Origin: Eukaryota sp. TZLM1-RC
Lineage: Eukaryota > Protista > Metamonada: BaSk clade
Length of the DNA stretch: 64,000 bases
Direction of reading: 5' to 3'
Assembly: GCA_040285825.1 (NCBI GenBank)
Contig: JAUPSS010000002.1
Coordinates: forward strand, 1,798,001 to 1,862,000
Each line of letters opens with the position of its first letter. Positions within the stretch are counted from its first letter, which is position 1. Below, piece by piece: positions 1-13,879 of the stretch. The position numbers and the translations under genes are program-made. Under the pieces are notes generated by a model. It did no database searches, had not been told where the DNA came from, and saw only the letters and a list, made by a program, of their open reading frames with translations.

Positions 1-2249
1 TTGAATTATGTTCCTCCACCTATATTGACTGCTGCCCGGTTAGTTGCTTTAGTTAAACCAGGAAAAAGTAACAAACCTGATGGAGTTAGACCAATTCCTA
101 TTGGAGAGTCTTTAACCAGATTGCTTCCTTCGCTTATTTTTAACAGAATTTCTACTGAGGCAAAAACTATTTGAAACCTTTTCAATTTAGTATTAAAACT
201 ATTGAAGGTGCTTCTGTTGCCTCAATGACTTCAGATGTTTTTTTCAATAGTAAGCAACATCAATCTATTTTCAATTTGGACTTTAAAAATGCCTTTAATT
301 CAGTAAAACGTAACTGCATTTACGATGTCCTTCTTCAAGAATTTCCAGAACTTTCAGCATATTTTTATTTATTTTATGGAAAAAAGTCGGACTTAATTTT
401 TGACACCTTTCCCCTTGAATCTTCTTCTGGTGTAAAACAAGGTGATCCTCTTGGTCCATTGCTTTTTTGTTTCCCATCCATAATACTATTGAAATGACCC
501 AGAAAGAATTCCCTGAATTACGTATTATTGCTTATATGGATGACATTTCTGTTATTGGTTCTTATGAAAGCAGTTGTACGGTTTCTGAAGGAATTGCTGC
601 GAAATACAAAGACATTGGATTAGCCTTGAATCCAGCAAAATGTCTCTTGAATGGAAGAACAAAACAATCTTTATTGATTGATGGTGCTCATATTCCCTTT
701 ATTAATTATGAACAACAAGCGTTCAAGTTTCTTGGATGTTGGTTAGGTAATTTGGATGAAATTTATTCCTAGTTGAACAATTTATTGGAGAATTTTGACA
801 AAGATCTTAGTTTTATTGCTGAATGTGATATTGAAAGACACATCAAATTTTTTATTTTAAAAATTTGTTATTCTGGAAGTTATTCTCATATTTTAAGGTT
901 AACTCCTCCTTCAGTATCTCTTGATTTTTGTAGATCTTTCAACAAACTTCGGGTCAATTTTTTTTTCTTTATTGGAGGAAAATGAATCTTTTATTCGAAG
1001 TCATGTTTTTTGTTTTGCTGAATTGGGTGGAATTGGTTTCACAAAATCTTCGATTTTATGTAAAGCAGCTTTTTAGGAAGTGGAAAAAATTTTATTTTTG
1101 AATTTTTTTAAAGGTTTCCTTATGATGTTCATTTGATCCATGGGGAATCAAATTTTTATTTGAATCAACTTCAAATTGAATTAGATAATTTGCCTAGTGA
1201 TTTCTGGATTCAGTGTTTTACTCAAAATGTTCAAGAAAATCCCACCCGATCACTTCCAAATTTACGTTTTTGCATGAAAAAGCTTCAGCACCATCTGGTT
1301 GAATTATATGAAGGCTTGGATTATGAAATAAGACTTGGCTTGGCCAAAACTGAAAATCCCGCTTTCGCTAATTTTTTAAAGGACATTCGTGATAGTTATG
1401 CTGCTGCTTCAGTAACTCAAATTCCCTCTGTTTATGGACTTTTGTTAAAAAAACAATGAATGGCTTTTAAACATGCGTTTTCGTTGTTTTCTGTGGCCAA
1501 ACAATTTGCCCAATCATTTAACTTGTAAATGTGGTAAACCTCTTTTGTTTACTCATCTTTTGAACTGTAAACATTTCATTACATTTAGAAGCAAAGTGCA
1601 TAATAATGTCAGAGACCAAATTTATGTAATGTGCAAATCATCTCAAGTAGATTCCTTTTTAGAGCCGTTCATATCAAAATTAATTCTTGATGACCCCAAT
1701 ATTGATAGTACGCGTTACTACAGAGCTTCTGTGGGTCTGACAAGAGGTGATCTAGTTGTTCCCGGTTTAAATGGTAGTTTTACTATTTTAGACGCCATGT
1801 CTATTGACCCTTGTAATTCTTCTAACGAACATCTCATTAACTCGGATGTAAATAATCCTCTTCTTGCAGGCGAAAAATATAAAATTGCTAAATAAGCGAA
1901 ACCCATTTCCTCGGTTAATGAAAATTCTCATGCCCAATATAATTTATGTCCCTTTGTTTTTTCCTTGCTTGGATCTCTAGGTAAGGCTGCTATGGATTTC
2001 CTTGAGGATTTTGTTGTAGTTGTAAAGGAAAGAACTGGAAGAATCTTCAATCGTGTTTACTGGCAAAACAGGATTGTATTTTGTATTTTTAAGGGAATGG
2101 TAAAACTAATTTCTGATTCACTCTCTTCTTTTGGGAAATTTTCTGAATCTTTAGCAATTAATTGTTTTGATGTAGGGGAGGCCGGTTTTGAGGATGTGGA
2201 GTTTTAGTTGTGTATTTTATGTTTTCATATTTGTTGTTGAATAAAAAAA
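1..2249 (+). mobile_element. Decayed RT+RLE (CRE-like) non-LTR retrotransposon, family A; 5' part outside window
   Basis: Frameshifted ORF pieces carry RT motifs LDFKNAFNS, GVKQGDPLGPLLF and AYMDD, zinc knuckle CKCG..THLLNC, HNNVRD, and RLE-like RGDL...D...EKYKIAK; ends with AATAAA and an A-run at ~2240-2249. Confidence 0.9.
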
Positions 2250-3555
2250 GTTAGCTTAAAAAATCGATTAATATGTTTAGCCACATTTTTTGTGGTACAA
2301 ATTTTGGTGGTGTTGATTTTCATAAATCAAGCTACCTTTGTAAAGCTGCCTTTATTGGAGGTGGAAAGAATTTTATTTATGAATTTGTGAATCGTTTTCC
2401 TGAAAAAATTCATCTCATTGAAAATTGTGGCAGCTCTTATCTTATTTCTTTGCAACAGGAAAGTGAAACTCTTTCACCCAATATTTGGGCTAAATGTTTC
2501 CCCTCTGATATTGTGGAACTTCCTTCAAGAAGCTTGCTCTCCTTACCACTGACTTTTGCAAAATTGCAGAAAAAAATCTTGAAAGTTTTAGAAAACTTGG
2601 ATTATATTGTACGTCTTAGCTTGGCTAAGGAAAAAAATCCCGTTTGTGCAAACTTTTTGATTGATCTTGAAGACAGTTGCTCAAGTTGCCTAATCTCCCA
2701 AATTCCCAACATTTATGGCCTTCTACTTAATGATCACCAATGGACCACTGCAATGAGAATGAGATGTTTTCTATGGCCTTGTTCATTACCAAATGATTTA
2801 AGTAATTTAATGTTGGAAAGATGTGAATTAGTTTCAAATAATAATTCATATTTGTCGCTGCAAGAGTGTTGTTACGCTTTCCCATATTTTAAACTGTAAG
2901 TATTTTATAACTTATCGCTCAATTGTTCATGACTCAGTTCGTGATCAATTATATGCCATGTGCAAAAGTTTCAATTTAGAGGCATTTATTGAGCCACTAG
3001 TACGTAAGCTGTCTTCAGATCAAACTGATGATTCCTTTGGTAAAAGAAGGGCAGATTTAGTAGCTCCAGGGATCGATGGTGTTCTCAATGTTGTAGATGT
3101 TGTCTCAGTTGATGTTTGCAAAAATTCTGCTGCTCGTTTAGTGTATTCCGCTGATTCGCCGTTATCTAATGCCGAAAAAACGAAGATAAAAAAATATGAA
3201 GAACCTTTGGCACAGTTAGGGAGAGTGGAACATGTGAAATATCAGTTTGTGCCGTTTGCAATTTCTCTTTTTGGCAATATTGGACCTTCAGGGTTGCACT
3301 TTTTTGAAAATTTTAAAAAAGTGTTACTGAATAGGTCTGGTAAAACAATGAACTCCACTTTCTGGTTAAATAGAATTGTTTTTTGCATTTTCAAGTCTAT
3401 TCCAACAATGATTTCAAAGGCACTTTTAGCTATTGGTGTAGAATATGAACGTAATGCTGTGAGTAGGTTTAGTAATAGTGACGCTTGTTTGGAGGATATT
3501 GAATTCTAGATGGGTTTTTTTTATCTCAATAAATATTCCAGTTGCTCAAAAAAAA
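2250..3555 (+). mobile_element. 5'-truncated CRE-like non-LTR retrotransposon, family B
   Basis: ORFs 2273-2899 and 2958-3509: MRMRCFLWP, RRADL, DVVSVD, AEKTKIKKY, FVPFAISLFG (RLE region); AATAAA at ~3529 and A-run 3548-3555. Confidence 0.85.
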
Positions 3556-4289
3556 TTAATATGTTTTTCATAATTTAATTTCAAATTATTCTCAAAATTG
3601 GCAAACATTACTGGGGCCATATACTGAGGTGGTCTTCTGAAGCCATCAGTTGGAAATCGTGGAAAAAACTCAGGCCTATATCTCAAATGGTCTACATAAC
3701 TTTTAGTTTTGTTCAACTTTTGTTGTTCAAAGGTAGTCGATAATCTATAATCTCCTTCACCATAAACAAAGTCTTCAAGCTCCTGTGGAAATACACTTTT
3801 TGGTTTCACCATTTCTTGCCCATAATACTCAGCTGTTCTGGTCGTTGTTACTCCATCTAAACTCTATGTTTTTTTCCAGTTTCCTTCTCCTTCCTTTACC
3901 TCTTGTCCTCTTCCCATTCAGCTATCTCAACAATTCTCTCTTACTCTCTCCCTCTGTGTTTCGACGGGACCTAAACAAATATTTGTTTCCTTACTTTCTA
4001 CTATGTCCACAATTCTAACTCAATACAGTCTTCTTCATGAGTTCAACTCCACCATCACCTCTTCTCCTGTGAATTCATCATTCCTGTGCATGGAGAAATC
4101 AAATAAAATTTATTCCTGGAGCAGACACATCTGGCATTTTTGAAATCACAGACAACAGCAACAAAATGATAAATTCATAAATAAATCAACACCTAGAGCA
4201 GCAGCACTTGTTCCATCATAAGTTCCTATACCAAATTGAAAAGCACCAAGAAAAATTTTAACACTTTTCTTGTTACGGTATAGATTCTG

Positions 4290-7200
4290 TGTTTATTGAA
4301 CTTGCACACTAAACAAAATTAATTCATAACTAATGGGACGAAACTCATTGAACCAAGATTTCCTCTACAAAAACTTGATCTGCTTGCTGTCTAGCTAAAG
4401 CTTCTCTAATTCGGTTGAAAAACCGAGGTAATCTATTAATAATGACAAATTGAATCCGAGAGCGCCATAAAAAGATATCAAATCTTTTCATTGTTTTTTC
4501 TTGAACCATTTTTTGTTAATTATTCAAAAAGGTTCCTGCTTCTACTGATAGTCTTCCGTTTATAGAAAATGGGAAAGCATTAAAAACAACTGGTCTTTTT
4601 CTATCAGCATTAGCTTCTTCGATATCTTTGCCATATTGTCTATGTTTTTCTTTCACTTTAAATTCAAGAGCACTTACAGGATTAAGTTTTTTCTTTGAAC
4701 CAAAGTGTCATTTGCAACATTACAGGAGTCAAAGGTCAACAGCAGCTTCAGAGATTTTTATCCAATCACAGTATACTTCACCTCTATCATCAGAACCGGA
4801 ATTAGTCAATGACAGTGTTTCCTTCAGCAGAGGTTCTTTGATACACGAAATTTTTGCAGTTTGTGCCATATTAAAAACAGTGTCTCTAACAGCATCATGT
4901 TATGAAGAACGATAAGTTATCAATTTCGAACAATTCAGAACATGACGCAAAGTGAGCTGTGGTGAATTCAAACAAATACATTCTTCTTTTAATAATAATT
5001 GGTGAATGGGAATATTCAAATATAATGTCTTTTTTGTTACAAACGCTTCATTATTAGCACAAAGTCCAAATCTTCGTGTTACAATGGTCACAAACAGTGA
5101 AGAATCTGAAGACTGATTTTCACAAACACCTTTTCCAATAACAATGAGTGGAGATCTTGATTTAAAACAGCCGAGCTGCATATAATATTATAAAGATCAT
5201 TTTCATACATTCCAGTCAGTCGTTTTTGTAATGCTCGAACTTCAAAGAGTGTATTTTAAATTTATAAAATTCTTTTCGGGTACATTGCTATTGAGTGATT
5301 GGGGAAACCATCGATTTCTATTTCTCTACATCGATTTTTGAAATTTCTTCATTTTATGCAAAAATAGTAGAACTTTGCGTTGTCACTAATAAATCTTCCC
5401 AATCTGCAAATCTTTCAGAAACCTCAAATATTACATTTCTGCATTTACCGATAAAAGCACACGAAGTAAGAATAGAGGCCTTTGTCCAACCTAAACCGTC
5501 ATAATGTGGACTATGATAAGCATGGTCTGGAATTTGGAACATTTTACTTCCTAGTAATTGTCAAAAAACTTTTGCACGTAATTCAGTGAACTTCTGGGCT
5601 AAATGCCTACAGATGAGATATTTGAAATATTTGGTTCAAGTTGGAATTGAAACAAAATCTTATAATGGTAAAATTGATATGTCTCTGTACATCCAATTTC
5701 ATCATTTGGGCAATTTTATCGGAAATTGAATTCAACTTATCAAACAATTCTGTGGTAACTTTATCATTATTTCCTAACAACGAACCCCAATGATGAATAG
5801 CATCAGTTGACTATAACATGGCTTGAATTCCAATTTCATCAACTATCGTTGAAAGTGGAAAATCTGAAAGTACAACACAATTAAATAAGTTAAGTCGAAT
5901 GCCAATTTTGTTGAATAATTCTTTGAAACATAAAGTTACTTCTTTGACAATCGTTAAGTCACCTATTAAAACATCATCATCCATATAAGTAATCATTTTT
6001 AAAGAAGGAAATATTGCTTGAATTTGTACTAAAAATGGATGAATGGCCAGACAAAACAAAAAAGGTTCAAAGGAATTTCCTTGCTTAACACCACTGGATG
6101 ATTTCAAAATAGAATAAGTAAAATGTAAATCACATTTTGTGCGATATGATGTTGGAAAATAGAACAAGTAATTCAATAAAGCACCTCGAATACGGCACCA
6201 ATGAATTGAATTAAAGGAATTATCAAAAACCAACAACATACAAACACTGGATTCATTTTGATGAAATAAAACATCTGTAGCAAACACTACAGATAAAACT
6301 CCATTAGTGGTATTTATTCCGTATTGGAACGGCAACAACTTCTTTTGTGCTTTTTCTTTGAATCTATTTAAACAGCAAGCTGAAAACTATTGTTCAAAGT
6401 TTCAGAAACTGCAATTGGACGAACATATATTTTTAAGTTTTTCACAAGTGCAGTCAAATCCGAACATCATAGTTTTTCAGGATATTTAAGCTGGCCAGAT
6501 AAAACTCTATTGAAAATTTTTGTTAATAAAATTATAACGAAATTACCACAGCTTTGATATGATCTATAGAAAGACCACAAAAGCTTGCATATTGTCCGCG
6601 TGGTCTTTTTTTGATTACCGAAAAACCATTTGATGCCATCAAAGGATTGCTTTCCAAAACTCTCCATTATAATTTTGATTTGTGAGTGGGTTTTCAAATG
6701 GATGAAGGATCTCGAGTTTTTCTACAGTGTCTTGACCATTGAGAGCTTTGACTTCTGCATTCAAAGTAGACAAAGCACTCGACCACTTGTTATCAAAGCA
6801 TTTATCTTCAAAAATTTTGCTCAACTTCTCCGATGACACTTTTCTTGGTGCATTATTCGTTAAAGCTACAGAATTTTCAAGGAAAGTATGTTCAAAAGGA
6901 GCACAAACAGAACCAAAAAATTCCCAGAGAATATTGATAGCATACTTTCCTTTACATAATCGATCCAAAAATGTTGTAAAAACAGGAGCAATATCATTGC
7001 ATCTCGATGGATGTATTTCTTGAGGTATTATCATAGGAGGGTGGTCATTAATTTCTATTCTACATTTTAAGCATTTGCAGTTTTACGTTTTTGATTTTGT
7101 TTCTAAGAGGAACACCACAATTGCTGCAAATATATTATGCTTGATACGATTAGTTGCCGGCTTCACAACAAGTTGTGGAGAATTATTGATTGATTTTCCT

Positions 7201-7500
7201 CCAGAGTAAATTCTTCTAAATTCTCTCTTACATTTTTTCAGAATTTGAAACATCATGTTTTTCCACATTGGGGAATGTTCGAGCATTATCTCCCGTCATT
7301 CGGCAGTTAGAACAGTTGTGGAGGCAATCTTTACTTGCAACAACATTCTCACAAATTTTTTGTCCAAAATTGAAGAGGGAGGGGAGAAGAAGTAGAAAGG
7401 ACATAATCAACAATTTGCGTTCGTTCGTCACCCCACTATTTCATTGGTGTTCCGCTTCGTGTTCAGGAACCATTTCCATTTCTTGATCAGCTGATGTTAC
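4290..7500 (-). mobile_element. Long decayed CRE-like non-LTR retrotransposon, family C (5' boundary uncertain)
   Basis: Minus-strand fragments with QYGI, SSSGVKQG, TYMDD, CICLNS..HVLNC and DRGEV; 3' end homologous to copies at 20.1, 48.2, 58.4 and 63.0 kb. Confidence 0.85.
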
Positions 7501-8188
7501 TCCCAAAATACAATAAATCACCTTTTTCAGAATCACAAACAACGATTCGGTTATAGAATAAAAGTATTGACATCAGGATCAGTATATAAATCAAAGACAT
7601 TTGCCTTGTTATCTGGCTTAAAATTGCTGACCTTCCAAATGTCGGCGAAAGATATTCAATATAGTATTAAAGATAATATTAAAACCATTTGTTAGAATAA
7701 TGTTGTTGAATTGAAAAATCTTTTGTTTGAACATTAGCTCGTTGAAAGCGATATTATTGAACCAAAAGCAATCCACCCAGGTAGTTTGAATCTATGATGT
7801 TACGCTTGCGCATTGATCATTTTCAATCTATGTCGAGGCAATCAATCATCAATCATTGCTTGTTTATCAATTCTCCAAATTGTTCTCGTATCATTTGCAA
7901 ACTATACAGGATCTACATTGGTTAATACAGGGTAATGGGATAAGGATTTCCCCTCTCTACTGGCAATAAATTGAACAATTGTGATCGGTGGTTTTAGGAA
8001 TATAAGGGAATCCTTTTCAACAACATCTGCCAGAAAATGTACATTCACTGGAAAAATGGTATTTAATAAGACAATTGAAGATTTCGCCACGTTCATTATT
8101 TTTCTATATCATGTTTTTGACATAAATTTAAAAATTCATGGTGGAATGATGAGAAATGAGATGTCTCACGGTTAGGGTCGTAGGGAAT

Positions 8189-10169
8189 TTTTGTCGATTC
8201 AAATCTTTCAAATTACATTTCATTTTAGATTTCAAAAATGTTTTCAAATTTGTATCCCGTTTTTCTATTTGTTCTTTGTTGCAAATACATTTTTTCGAAG
8301 TTGAGTCATTTTTCTATACTTTGATGGGAAATCATCAACACTTGTTTATGAAAATTTTGATCTACATCTTCTTCAGGTGTTAAACAAGGTGATCCATTAG
8401 GTCCTTTCTTCTTTGCCTTGCTAGTCATTCTCTCATGTGTGAATTGAAACAAGAATACAAAAAATTGAAATTACAGCTTTTATTGATGACATTCCAATAA
8501 TTGGTCTAATTGATTCATTGAGAACAATTGCTAAAGTTGCTCAACAGCACTATAATCAAATTAGTTTTTCTTTAAATATTTCCAAATGTTTGATCATTGG
8601 TATAGAGCCTGTTGAACTTTTCATTGATGAGATAACTGTTGCTTTCATTAACTAATGAATCAGGATTTCGATTTTTAAATTGTAATCTAGGTTATTTTGA
8701 TGAAATTCGAAATCAACTTTCATCTCTTTTAGCAAATTCTGAATAGGAACTTGTTGTTCTTTCAGATTTAGATCTTGAAAACATCTTAAATTCTTCTTTC
8801 TCAGTATTTGTTATTCAGGGAAATTTACTCATATCCTGCAATCAATTACACCATCCATATTTTTTGCAGAATTTTCAACGAATCAAGGACAAAATTTTTG
8901 GTTAATTTACTTGACATTGATTCTTCTTTTTTAAATAATCATAGTTTTGTAGCATTAAATTATGTGGTCTAGATTTTCACAAATCTAAAAACTTGTGTAA
9001 AACTGCATTTATTTGTGCAGGTAAAAATTTCATTTTTTAAATTTTTTTAAAAATTTTAAAATTTTTAAAAGGTTTTCCTGAGAACCAACATTTAATAGAA
9101 CATTGTGTTTGATTATTTAGTGTCTCTGCAGAATGAAATTGAATGCATCTATGCTGTCATCTGGTCCAAATCCTTTCCTGCCGATATTCCAGAAATTCCA
9201 ACCAATACTTTGTTTTCCTTAAGATTTGCATACGCCAAATTGCAGAAAAAAGTATTAAAAGTTTTTGAAAACTTGGAATTTACTGTTCGTCTTAGCTTGG
9301 CTGAAGAAAAGCATCCCGTTTTTGCTAACATTGGAATTGATCTTGAAGAAAGTAGCTCAAGTTGTCTCATTTCCCAAATTCCCAATTTTTATGGTCTACT
9401 GTTAAATGTTCATCGATGGACAACTGTCCTGAGAATGAGCTGTTTTTTGTGGCCTTGCAGTATGTTAAATGATTTGATTTGTCGTTGTGGACAGCTGAAT
9501 AATTTGAACCATTTATTTAGTTGCAAATTTAATATCAGGTATCGCTCAGTTGATCATGATGCTGTTAGAGACCAACTGTATGCCATGTACAAAAGCCACC
9601 ATATTGAAGCTTTTGTTGAACCACTTGTGCGTAAGTTGTCACATCGGAAATGCCGTGCTGATTTAATTGCTCCTAGGTCTAATGGTGTGATCAAAGTTGT
9701 CGAAGTTGTCACTGTTGATCTTTGTAAGGAATCAGCAATTGATCTTGCTAAAAAAGATGAAACTCCACTCTGGTTTGCTGAAAAGAGCAAAATCAAGAAA
9801 TACAACAAACCTTCATCTCAGCCTGGGCGTGTTGAGCATGCAAAGTTACAGGTGGTTCCATTTGCTGTTTCTTTTTTTGTTAACATTGGAATATCTGGTA
9901 TTAAATTTCTCGAAGGTTTCAGAAGTTTAATAGAATAAAGAGCAGGAAAGATTCGAACTTTAATTCCTGGCACAATAGAATTGTTTTCAGTATTCTTAAA
10001 GCAATTACAGAAATGGTAACGAAAGCACTGTTACAATTAAAAATAGAGTATGAAAATCGCGAACTGAAGAGATTTGATGATGTTGATGCGTGTATTGAGG
10101 AAATTCAGTTCTAGTTTTCTTTAATTGTTCTGTTTGCGTTTGAAAATAAATAGGCTTCTCTCAAAAAAA
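8189..10169 (+). mobile_element. 5'-truncated CRE-like non-LTR retrotransposon (family B-like) with 12-bp TSD
   Basis: GVKQGDPLG at ~8375-8400; ORF 9105-9938 with CRCG..HLFSC, HDAVRD, RADL, AEKSKIKKY; A-tail 10163-10169; GTCGTAGGGAAT duplicated at 8177-8188 and 10170-10181. Confidence 0.9.
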
Positions 10170-10519
10170 GTCGTAGGGAATACAAGTTATTTCCATCATC
10201 AACAAAAACCATGTTTTTGGATTGTCAAAGTTTAAATCTTTATAAAGAAATTACAGTAGACAATGGTATTGCGTATTCACATAAACATAATTCTTGGAAG
10301 TAGAGACTAAACATAAAATGAACGCTAATACAAAGGCCCCTGGTCAGGTTGCACCACTTAGTTTGAGCACTTTCCAGTGGTATACATAGTTCAACGTGCA
10401 TAGAAGATGGCGATAAACCCAGTTTTCAATAGTGTTGAGAAAATGCTTTTGCTGTGATTGATACATCTCAATAATCGTACCAAACAACAATTTTGGAAAC
10501 TTTTGCCAATCGTTTCACT

Positions 10520-10640
10520 TGCTTCGTTCTTTGATAACATTGAGCAGCATCATTTGCATCTAGTTTTATTTTGAGAGTGATGGATTATTTAGATGTTGAT
10601 TGATTACAGTTGAACAAACAGTGTTAATATAAAAAAATTG
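10520..10640 (+). mobile_element. Short decayed 3' tip of non-LTR family D
   Basis: GCATCTAGT...GATGGATTATTTAGATGTTGATT matches 11838-11887 and is followed by an A-run. Confidence 0.55.
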
Positions 10641-10806
10641 TTCACAAAAAAACCCATTTGACCAGGCAATTGTCAGACCATTTCCGCTCTTGCTTTCTCC
10701 CATCTTTTCTCTAAGCTCTAACTGTGTTCATCTGTGCTGAATCATGAACAAAATTAGTAATATCAGTTTATACGTGGCGTCTTCCATTAACAAAACACTA
10801 TGTGTC

Positions 10807-11920
10807 CCGTAGATTTTCTCGTAGATTTCCTGAAGATTCTGATCTGTTAGTTCCCAGTTGTAGTCCATATTTGAGTGAGTTATCTTGTGAACTTGATAGA
10901 TTGCCACCACAAATTTGGACAAAATGTTTTCCCCAATCAATTCAAGAAATTCCAAACCGATCTCTTTGTATATTGCAGTTTTGCTGTAAAAAGCTTCAAC
11001 AAAAATTGTCAAAAATTTTTGAAAGCTTGGACTTTGATGTTAGACTTGGCTTGGCCAAGATAAAGAATCCCGCTTTTGCAAATCTTTTACAAGATATGTG
11101 CAATAATACTTCTTCTGCCTTAGTAAAAACAATTCCTCGAGTTTATGGTACTCTCTTAACTGATTCTGCTTGGACTCTGAATATGAGATTTCGTTCCTTT
11201 ATCTGGCCTGATTGTTTACCTCATAATTTAATTTGTAAATGTTCTCGAGAAATTACAATTACTCATTTGTTAAATTGTAAACATTTTTTTACTTTTAGAA
11301 GCAAGGTTCATGATGCTGAAAAAGACCAGTTATATTGAATGTTTAAGTCTCATAGAATTGAATCTTTTTTTGAACCTCTGTTGTCAAATCTGTTTGATAC
11401 TGAAGATGATGTTTATAAGAATAATAGAGGTGATGTAATATTACCTGGATTAGATGGAAGCTTCATTTTATTGGATGTTATGTCTGTTGATCCTTGTTAT
11501 GCCTCAAATGAAAGGCTTGTTAATTCTGAAATTCATAATCCTCTTTCAAATGCTGAAAATTTCAAATTCAAAAAAATACAATGAACCTTTGTCCAAATTG
11601 GCCAGTCTACAGCATGCAAAATACAACTTGTATACATTTGTATTTTGTCTTTTTGGTTCATTGGCACCAACGGCTTTACGTTTTTTGGAAGATTTTGAAA
11701 TGATTGTAAAGAGAAAAACCAACAGAAATTTCAACAGATTGTTTTGGCAAAATGGCATTGTATTTTCTATTTTTAAGGGGATGTTGAAGATGGTTTCTGA
11801 TGCTTTGCTCTCTCTCGGATCTCAATATGAGAGAGTTGCATCTAGTGTTTTTGTTTTGGAAGAGATGGATTATTTAGATGTTGATTTATAGGTTCTTAAT
11901 AAAATTGATAATTAAAAAAA
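10807..11920 (+). mobile_element. 5'-truncated CRE-like non-LTR retrotransposon, family D (related to A)
   Basis: ORFs 10802-11891: MRFRSFIWP, CKC..THLLNC, RSKVHD, RGDV..DVMSVDP, AENFK; AATAAA then A-run at 11914-11920; possible short TSD ATGTGTC. Confidence 0.85.
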
Positions 11921-12084
11921 TGTGTCTTGTGTTGTTGATATTTTGGAACTAAACCCTCATTTGCTTTTTATGGTTGAAAAAACTGGGTTCCCCCAAAAGT
12001 AACTAAAACCCCTTTTAAGGATGAGCACAACACAGGATAAATTCTATCTAAAGTTCCAAACATTAAATGAAGGAAACATTTATT

Positions 12085-12506
12085 TTACAACATTTCAGTA
12101 TCTTCATCTTCCAAAACTGTGCGATAAACTGGGTCTCCATGGCTATTTACACCGATAAATTTGAGAGACTTGATCACTGAAAGACTACCAAACGAGATAC
12201 CGACTAAATTATCTTGAAGCTCCTTGAACAAGACAGCAGGAGACCAACCATCAGTTCCAGATGGTAATTCCAGTACATGAGCTGCTTCTGGATCTTCTGC
12301 AAACTTTGAGAATAATATACCGACTCGGGAACTTTCAAGTTCAACTTCAAAAGGATCTCGTGGCGGGGTCAGACCATCATCTGGTGCAATTCTGTGTGCT
12401 ACTTCACTCAGACTATCCTTATGAGTATGTAGGCTGTTTGTTAGTGGTTAACATTTTAAACACACGGAAAATCAATGTTGTTAAATAGGATTCTAGGATA
12501 TCGCAT
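12085..12506 (-). CDS. Small hypothetical protein (~129 aa), two exons, absent from ORF track
   Basis: ATG at 12506; 32-nt GT..CTAAC..AG intron at 12434-12465 joins MRYPRILFNNIDFP to an open frame LHTHKDSLSEVAHRIAPDDG...EDEDTEML*. Confidence 0.6.
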
Positions 12507-12689
12507 ATTGCTCTGAGAATAAGGAGCTAATTGTGAAAAGACCGAGACATTCGCAATCAAAGGATATTCCAACAGGATATCCTAAAATGCAGTCGCAAAG
12601 ATAGTTGCTAACGTTAATCACATCAAAGTTTGAATTTGAAACAATGTAGCCGTTACATAATATTATAGATATATTTATAAAACAACTTA

Positions 12690-12835
12690 TAATTTATTCA
12701 TTTATAAGTTATAAATCAACATCTAAATAATCCGTCTCTCTCAAAACAAACCAACTAGATGCAGCTCTTTCATAGTGAGATCCCAGAGAAAGCAGTGCAT
12801 CAGAAACAATTTCCAACTTAAAAATAGAAAATGGA
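12690..12835 (-). mobile_element. 3' tip of non-LTR family D
   Basis: Reverse complement aligns by eye with 11760-11890 (end of the RLE ORF, ..DYLDVDL*). Confidence 0.7.
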
Positions 12836-13879
12836 ATCTTTATATTATATTATTGTCACTTTCTCACAACCTATTGAAAATGTCCATGACAACACAAGTC
12901 AGTACCACACTTTCATATTGGTGGCTGAACCAATACAAGTGTCTTCAATTCAGTTTCAATTGGAGTTCATTAAGTTCAAAAATCTTCTGCTCATTAGACT
13001 TTAGAAGTTCATGTATATCAGCAGTAGGTTAGACTGGAGTAGATTAAGATTGGAGTGAGTTGATTCGTAGAGAGTGAACAAACGATACCAAAGGTGTAAG
13101 GGTGTATATTGACAACTGATGGTAATACAAGTGAAGACAGGAGGAACATCTTCTATGGAGGAAAGATGAGTAGAACGAGTGTGAAGAGGGCGAAGTAGAG
13201 AGACAAGGTAATAATAAGTATTCCTATGTCTAGTTTCAAGACAAGAAGTGCAGCTGAAAGGGGTGACACAGCAGAAGTTGTTGGCACAGCTTGGGATGGA
13301 CGATCTGCAATAGACTCGAGTTTAGACTCAAGAATAGCCAGCAGTGCCTCTACAAACTGTCTTTTGTTAGTCTATTTTATATGTTTTATAGTCAATGTGT
13401 GAGCGCACTAAACGAAACCTACAATCGCTATAATAGAAAAGCCAACAGTTCCACAAAGATCCATGGCGAATTCAGATATAGTTGAACGAGGAGCAAAAGG
13501 TTCTTCGTCAAAGAAGGAAAGAAATGGGAAGAAAGAAACGGGTGTTGTGACTTCCCTTGGTAACGTGTTTGGACTGAATAAAGGAATTAAATTGTGAAAG
13601 GTTACGAATTTTCGGAATCTACAAACACCCTTGATTAAACGAACAACTGCTTTGACTAACAACAATTTCGTCAAATTTCGCATCAGTTTACTATTTTTAG
13701 GAAAGAAAATGCTTAAAGCATGTCCAGTATCTATTATAAATGTGTCTATTTATCAGTTTGTGCATGTTTCATTGTTTTGTGGATGTAAGGAGTTGAAGAT
13801 ACACCAAATTTTAAAAGTAACTGAAACTGAGAAATCAATCATTTTTGATTGTCTGCACCTTCCGTTTTCAGTAAGGACT

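Noticed and set aside
3546-4100. Minus-strand ORF MVKPKSVFPQ and upstream basic frame as a gene or gag
   Set aside because: Non-ATG or broken frames between TE ends; no supportable motif
13631-13879. N-terminal extension of the Fanzor from the TTG start
   Set aside because: Non-ATG start in a eukaryote and AT-rich, intergenic-like sequence; Fanzor-like sequence begins at ATG 13880
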